From assembly GCA_963718635.1 (NCBI GenBank), contig OY970367.1, positions 4,499,922 through 4,563,921 on the forward strand: 64,000 bases of DNA, written 5' to 3'. This DNA comes from an uncultured Planctomycetota bacterium. Its GTDB lineage: Bacteria > Planctomycetota > Planctomycetia > Gemmatales > Gemmataceae. Every line of letters begins with the position of its first letter. The first letter of the stretch is position 1. The position numbers and the translations under genes are program-made. Below are positions 58,947 through 64,000 of this stretch, in pieces. A model generated the notes under the pieces. The model saw nothing but the letters and a program-made list of their open reading frames with translations. It made no database searches and had not been told where the DNA came from.

Positions 58947-59570
58947 TTAGAAAGGGTTGCCGGGGCCGCTGACGCTGATGACCGGCTTGGGCAGAGCAAC
59001 CGGGCTCGCTGCTGGCCGGCCTTGGTTCTGTGTCAGGCCGCCCTTCGGCTTGAAATCTTTTTCTTTCGGCAATTCGTTCGGCATTTCCTTAGCTTTCGGC
59101 GTGGGCAGCGATTCTGCCGGAGCGCCAGGAGCAGCTGAAGTGGTGCCGCAGCTCGAGCAAACGGTTTCGCAGCCGCAGCTGCTGTGTTTGCTGAACTTGG
59201 ATTTCAAGCGAGACCAGAGGCCGACTCGGCCACTGCCGCAGGGGCTGCAAGTCGGCGCCGGAGCGCAAACCGGTGCAGCCTTGCAGACGGGCGCCGGGGG
59301 AGGCGGGGGTGGCGGCAGAGGCGCTGGCGCCGGAGCACAGGAAGCGACTGGAGCGCAGCCGCAGCCGGAACTCTTGTGGAAATTGGCGCGGAAGCGCGAC
59401 CATAGCCCATGCTTGCGGGCACAGGGGTCGTCGCAAACGGTGCCGCAGCCACCGCCGCATGAAGAACTGGTTGAGACCACGGCCGGAGCGGGCGCGGGAG
59501 CGTCCTTGGCGGGCACCGGATCGGCGCCGACCATCCAAGCCGAGGTCAGCATCATTATCGCGACATTCAC
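58947..59570 (-). CDS. Secreted cysteine- and proline-rich repetitive protein
   Basis: GGGAGG RBS with a GTG start. Signal-like MNVAIMMLTSAWMVGA. An internal duplicated module HGLWSRFRANFHKSSGCGC / GLWSRLKSKFSKHSSCGC, a PPPPPPP tract and many CxxC/CGC pairs. The opposite-strand ORF 58957..59913 is judged spurious. Confidence 0.5.
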   Translation of the reverse strand: MNVAIMMLTSAWMVGADPVPAKDAPAPAPAVVSTSSSCGGGCGTVCDDPCARKHGLWSRFRANFHKSSGCGCAPVASCAPAPAPLPPPPPPPAPVCKAAPVCAPAPTCSPCGSGRVGLWSRLKSKFSKHSSCGCETVCSSCGTTSAAPGAPAESLPTPKAKEMPNELPKEKDFKPKGGLTQNQGRPAASPVALPKPVISVSGPGNPF

Positions 59571-59972
59571 GGTAATTAACCTCCCGACGATGTTTAATTG
59601 TGGCGCCGGTCCGGGGCCGTCCTCTAGCCGGCACTCGATCGCTCGAGCCCGCCTGCGCCATGATTCGGGGTCGCCTCCTCGCAAGTGCCAGCGCTCTCCA
59701 GCGGAGATTGCCGACCTGCGCTTCTGTATAAGCGCCTTAGAGGTCCGAACTCTGTCCTCTTTCATCGGGATGATTGGCAGGCGCGCTTATCACGATCTCA
59801 AAGGAAAGCGCCTGAAATCGCGAAACTACCTCGCTTTCCATCTTTTGCAGCGATTGCTCGGATTTAGGAAAGCAGCGAAGGATAAGAAGGATTGCCGACC
59901 GGCGAAGAGTTGATGGTTGTAGCGATTGAGCGAGGCGCTCGCGCGACTCTTCACAAAGCTTGCGAATCGCGG

Positions 59973-60802
59973 CTAAACGGCGCGTCGATCAATGGCGGGG
60001 GTGCCGCCGGTGCGCGAAGCGACTAGAGCGGCAAAGCGATTAGCGAAATTGGCGCTTTCCGCGAGCGTTCGGCCTTCCAGAATCTGCGTAATAAGTGCGG
60101 CTGCGAACGAGTCACCCGCGCCAACCGTGTCGGCTACCTGAATGGGAATGCCAACAACCTCTACCCGCTCAATACCGCGCGTAATGACGCAACCTCGGCT
60201 GCCGCGGGTTTCGACTATCGTGCGATCTCCCGGCTCCTGTGCGATTAAGCCGGCTAGTTCGACCGCTTCGTGATCGTTCATTTTCAGCCAGTCGGCCGAC
60301 TCGACTAAGCGGCGAATTGTGGCCCGATGGACGAACGGCGGTCTCAGGTTGAAGTCGCAGATGCGGATGGCGCTTTTCGCCTGAGCGATAAATTGCAAAA
60401 TCGTAGACCGTGAAGGATCGTGACGAGATGCCAACGTGCCAAAACAGACCGCGGGCGCACACTGTGCCAATTCGGCCAACGGCTCACTCCATTCGAGATA
60501 ATCCCAAGCGACATTGTCGCAGATCGTATAACTCGGTTGGCCGGCCGAATCGACCTGCACTGTCACCGTGCCCGTCGGTCTCTTGGGATCAGTTTGAATA
60601 AATTGATCGGACATCCCAAGTCGACGTACCTCACGGCGCAACTCCCGACCTGGTTCATCGTCACCGACGCGGCTGACGATTACTGCGGAATGACCAAGTT
60701 GTAAGCAGTGAAAAGCAAAATTGAACGGCGCGCCGCCGGGCGCGGACCGCTTGGCAGTAGGTCCCAGAGGATTTCGCCAATGCCAATGATGGGATTGGGC
60801 AT
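59973..60802 (-). pseudogene. PfkB-family carbohydrate kinase (fructokinase/ribokinase-like), frameshift near 60740
   Basis: The C-terminal DTVGAGDSFAAALI motif is in ORF 59973..60641. The N-terminal MPNPIIGIGEILWDLLPSG lies in another frame (60680..60802). Confidence 0.6.
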
Positions 60803-60919
60803 TTGCCGGCTTTCAATTCGCGGACGTTCCCCCCACCCTGCCCTCCCCCGCAAAGCCGGGGGGAAGGGTCGGAAGGCCGATCTGCTCTTTTGCCAGAATC
60901 GGCGCACTCGCTTTGCCGA

Positions 60920-63472
60920 TCACTGGTTGAAGATAAACTCTTTGGTGTTGATGAGCGCCCAGAGAATGTTCTCATAGGCGTTCTTCTTATTCGCCTCGTT
61001 CTTCTTAATGTGGTCGAGGGCGGCTTTCGTGTCTTCTGGGCTTGGCTTACGTCCAAACGACCAAAGGAAAAGTTCTTCGATCTTCTCGGCATCGGGCCGG
61101 GTGTCTTTGGCATTAGCGAGCGATTCCGCACGGCCGCCGGGACGCGACAACTTTCCTTGCACTTCGTCCGAGTTGAGCAGGTGCAATGCCTGAGCCAGAT
61201 TCGCATCGCTCACCCGTTCGCACTCGCAAGCGCTGATGCGTTGCGGACGGCCGAATACATCGAGGAAGTAACTCGAATACGACTCGTCGGGCAGCTGAAT
61301 CGCTCGCTTCGGTGCGAATTTGTCCAGCGGCAAGCCACCGAACTGCGACGGACTATCGGTCACTTGGCAAAGCGCATCGAGCAACACTTCAGCCCCTAGC
61401 CGTTTCGGATAGTAGCGAGCGTAGGCCTGCTTATCGTGCTTGTTGAATTCGTTCGGAATCGCACTCAGTTGATAAGTACGGCTCTTCACGATCGTCTTGA
61501 TCAACGACTTGAGGCTGTATTTCCCTTCGGTGAAGTTCTTAGCCAGGGCATCGAGCAATTCCGGATTTGAAGGCGGATTCGTGACGCGCATATCATCGAG
61601 GGGATCGACGATGCCGCGACCGAAGAAGTGCGCCCAGTAGCGGTTCGATACGGCTTTGGCGAAGTAGGGATTCTTGGCATCGGTCATCCAGTCGACTAAC
61701 TTGACGCGAGGATCGTCGTCCGAGGTCAGGTTCAACGGAATTCCGTCGAGCGGCTTCATCGGCGCCGCTTGGCCGGTGCGCTTGTTGTTGACCGTGCCGC
61801 CGGACTTGGTGAAGATTACTTGCATCATGTTCGGCTGATTGCCGAGGCCGTTGTTCGGAACCTGAACCTGTTTCTTGCCGATGCGGCCAAAGAAGGCGGC
61901 CATGCCCCAATAGTCGTCCTGGCTCCACTTCTCGTAGGGGTGATGGTGGCAGTTGGCGCAGGCGATCCGCAGGCCGAGGAACACTTGAGCGGTATCATCG
62001 ACGAACTGCTCGGGGTTCTGCAAATCCTTGTACCAAACCGTCGGCGGATTCTTCGTCTCGTCGCCTGTCGCGCCGATGATGTCGCGGACGAAATCGTCGT
62101 AGGGCTTGTCCGTGGCGATCGCCTCGCGAATCCAATTATGGAAGGCGAAGGTGCCCTGAGCGCGAAGAGCGCCGTTTTCTTTGCCGCGCTTGACGCGCAG
62201 AATGTCGGCCCATTTGTTGGCGAAATAGTAGGAGTATTCTGGCGATTCTAGCAGTCGGTCGATCAGTTTGTCGCGTTTCTGCGGGTCTTTGTCGTTCAGG
62301 AACTCGCCGACTTGCTTGGGAGATGGCAGCGTGCCGGTCAGGTCGAGGTAAAGGCGGCGAACGAACGGGCCATCGCCTGAAAGTTCCGAAGGAACCAGGC
62401 CAAGATCCTTCCACTTCTTCGCCGTGAACTGATCAACGACCGTCTGTGCCGGGAACTGCCAATCGGGGACTTTCTGGCCGAGCGGCACCGTCGCGCGGAA
62501 AGTCACCACCTGGCCTTGGTAGCGGGCCATGATGGCTGCCTCACCGCTTAAACTAAGCGTGCGCACCAGCCCGTTGGCATCGACGACGGCAATTTCCTGG
62601 TCGTTGCTGTCGTACTGGGCCCGGCGAGTAATGTCGGCAACGTCGCCGTTCGAATAATGAGCGTAGACGGCGAACTGCTGTTTGTTTTGGCGCGTCATCA
62701 CGCGATGTTCGGGATAAATTGTGATCTTTGAAAGCGTAGGATCGGTTGCTTGGCCATACGGGGTGCCGGCGGCGATCCAACGGCGCACGAGCTTATACTC
62801 ATCCGAATCCTTTTCCATCTTGCGGCCACCGCCATGAGCAACAGTGCCCGCCGCTTTTTCGAGCAGCAGGCTATGTTCCGGTGAAGCGAGTTGCAAGCGC
62901 CGACCGCGTGCTTCTTTCACAAGGGCGGCATAGTCGCCCTCCGGCTCGAAACCGAGTAGGGAGATTTTGAAACCGTTCTGTCCGCTTGCCTTGCCGTGGC
63001 AGCCGCCGCTGTTGCACGAGAGCTTGGTAAAAATCGGGACGATCTGATTGGCGAAGTTGATCGGCAGGTTCTGATCCATCTGGCTGTTAGCGACCGGGAC
63101 CTTAATCGACTTGTCGCCGAACTTGGCGACGATTTCGGTCGTTCCGTTTGCCAATGGAACAACACGCCCTCCCGGGGTGACTCGGGCAAGCTGAGTGTCG
63201 GCAACCGTATATTTCACGTCGCCGGTGAGATCCTGAAGGTGTCCATCGTTCAATTGCGCGGTGACGATCAGCTGGGCGGCTTCATCGCTGCCACGCAAAG
63301 TAATGGTCGCTGGATAGACCGCCAGGCTTTGAACGTCGGACGGCTTCGGGAGCACGATGCCACCTGAAGCAGCCGTGGCGCCGCTGTAAAGATCACCTGC
63401 TGTTGCAGGAGAGAGAGCGAACAAGGCGAATGCAATGGCCAGCATGGGCCAACGGCGCGAGAGAGTTGGCAT
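60920..63472 (-). CDS. PSCyt1/DUF1549/DUF1553 ('PSD1') family protein, intact (850 aa)
   Basis: Signal peptide. SCNSGGCHGK. LDLTGTLPSP. LRIACANCHHHPYEKWSQDDYW. ISACECERVSD. Terminal ILWALINTKEFIFNQ. Confidence 0.85.
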   Translation of the reverse strand: MPTLSRRWPMLAIAFALFALSPATAGDLYSGATAASGGIVLPKPSDVQSLAVYPATITLRGSDEAAQLIVTAQLNDGHLQDLTGDVKYTVADTQLARVTPGGRVVPLANGTTEIVAKFGDKSIKVPVANSQMDQNLPINFANQIVPIFTKLSCNSGGCHGKASGQNGFKISLLGFEPEGDYAALVKEARGRRLQLASPEHSLLLEKAAGTVAHGGGRKMEKDSDEYKLVRRWIAAGTPYGQATDPTLSKITIYPEHRVMTRQNKQQFAVYAHYSNGDVADITRRAQYDSNDQEIAVVDANGLVRTLSLSGEAAIMARYQGQVVTFRATVPLGQKVPDWQFPAQTVVDQFTAKKWKDLGLVPSELSGDGPFVRRLYLDLTGTLPSPKQVGEFLNDKDPQKRDKLIDRLLESPEYSYYFANKWADILRVKRGKENGALRAQGTFAFHNWIREAIATDKPYDDFVRDIIGATGDETKNPPTVWYKDLQNPEQFVDDTAQVFLGLRIACANCHHHPYEKWSQDDYWGMAAFFGRIGKKQVQVPNNGLGNQPNMMQVIFTKSGGTVNNKRTGQAAPMKPLDGIPLNLTSDDDPRVKLVDWMTDAKNPYFAKAVSNRYWAHFFGRGIVDPLDDMRVTNPPSNPELLDALAKNFTEGKYSLKSLIKTIVKSRTYQLSAIPNEFNKHDKQAYARYYPKRLGAEVLLDALCQVTDSPSQFGGLPLDKFAPKRAIQLPDESYSSYFLDVFGRPQRISACECERVSDANLAQALHLLNSDEVQGKLSRPGGRAESLANAKDTRPDAEKIEELFLWSFGRKPSPEDTKAALDHIKKNEANKKNAYENILWALINTKEFIFNQ

Positions 63473-63660
63473 GAGATCCCCGGCGAGTGGAAAAATATGG
63501 CAAGGTAGGTAGGCAGTCCGGCAGTATTAGTATTGTGGCGTGTCGAGGCGCAAAGAGCAAGCGGGAAAGTCTTTTTTCTCTGCCGTGGCGATGCGCCAGC
63601 GTTATCTGGACAAAAATTGCAAGGTCTACGTCAACGTTTTGTACTTGTCTCATCAAGACG

Positions 63661-63740
63661 GTGACAAAAAGATGCTGGCAAAAATAGAAGCGATTCAGCT
63701 TTCTGATTCTCTTTTTTTGCCAACATCTTTTTGTCATTCG
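63661..63740. repeat. 22-bp inverted repeat (GACAAAAAGATGCTGGCAAAAA ... TTTTTGCCAACATCTTTTTGTC), ~35-nt spacer; possible operator or attenuator in a divergent intergenic region
   Basis: Read directly; one mismatch between the arms. Confidence 0.7.
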
Positions 63741-63944
63741 TCTTTTGTTCCGTAAGCAGATTTCGAGATCTAGGTTTGCACCGCTATCCCTGGAGTTCGG
63801 ATTTTGCGGGCCGTTCGATCCTCACCCATCAAAAGTCCGGCTGCCACGTTGTATAATGGCGAAGCTACCGAGATTGGCAAATAGCTGCAAAGCTCACCTC
63901 CTGTGCTCGAAGCCACAAACCTTTGATTTGCTCTTGGAAGTAAC

Positions 63945-64000
63945 GTGCCGATCAACGTCATCTGTCCGCATTGCGAAAGTCGGCTGAACCTGCAAGAGGA
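63945..64000 (+). CDS. Start of an MJ0042-type zinc-ribbon protein (partial, runs off the window)
   Basis: GTG start, then VPINVICPHCESRLNLQE, which matches the I-x-CP-x-C N-terminal zinc ribbon seen in gene 2100..4430. Confidence 0.3.
   Translation, partial: MPINVICPHCESRLNLQE

Noticed and set aside
58957-59913. 318-aa ORF on the plus strand overlapping the Cys-rich gene
   Set aside because: Its translation is Gly/Ala/Arg-rich low-complexity sequence typical of a wrong frame in GC-rich DNA. The minus-strand reading has an RBS, a signal peptide and an internally repeated Cys module.
1-64000. Looked for tRNA, rRNA and tmRNA genes
   Set aside because: No cloverleaf-compatible segments with a GTTCGAATC-type T-arm were seen outside coding regions, and there are no rRNA-like stretches. 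A tRNA scan would be needed to be certain.

Overview
This is a 64 kb chromosomal segment from a GC-rich bacterium, most likely a Planctomycetota (Pirellula-like) genome. That inference rests on the MJ0042-type zinc-ribbon N-termini, the three PSCyt/DUF1549/DUF1553 ('PSD1') paralogs, the DUF4058 protein and a Ser/Thr kinase fused to a tubulin-like domain. About 55 protein-coding genes are present, and I found no rRNA, tRNA or CRISPR array.

Confident housekeeping calls are:
- purM
- acpS
- a UvrD/PcrA helicase
- a DEAD-box helicase
- a bioD-bioA fusion
- a PutA-like proline dehydrogenase/P5C dehydrogenase
- a TIGR03960-type B12-binding radical-SAM protein
- a Flp pilin
- two tandem Tat-secreted aldo/keto reductases
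- MOSC, ASCH and BNR-propeller proteins
- a REC-GAF response regulator next to an S8 peptidase
- HflK/HflC-like SPFH genes downstream of a P1B-type ATPase

Accessory content includes a HigB/HigA-like pair, a DUF433/DUF5615 pair, two Rpn-family (PD-(D/E)XK; DUF2887/DUF4351) nuclease genes and a DUF4058 gene.

Two things stand out. First, there is an unusually rich set of structured non-coding repeats: (A) a 'conserved box + covarying palindrome around GGAAATATTTCC' family with a 5-unit array at 58.0-58.8 kb and two more copies at 4.8-5.1 kb; (B) a ~85 bp nested-hairpin family (3 copies); (C) a GGCGAGCCG...CGGCTCGCC hairpin family at gene 3' ends (4-5 copies); plus a 3x51 bp tandem hairpin repeat and an in-frame inverted-repeat insertion inside putA. 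Second, about 18 apparent single-nucleotide frameshifts disrupt at least 13 genes. This is either genuine pseudogenisation or indel errors in the assembly.
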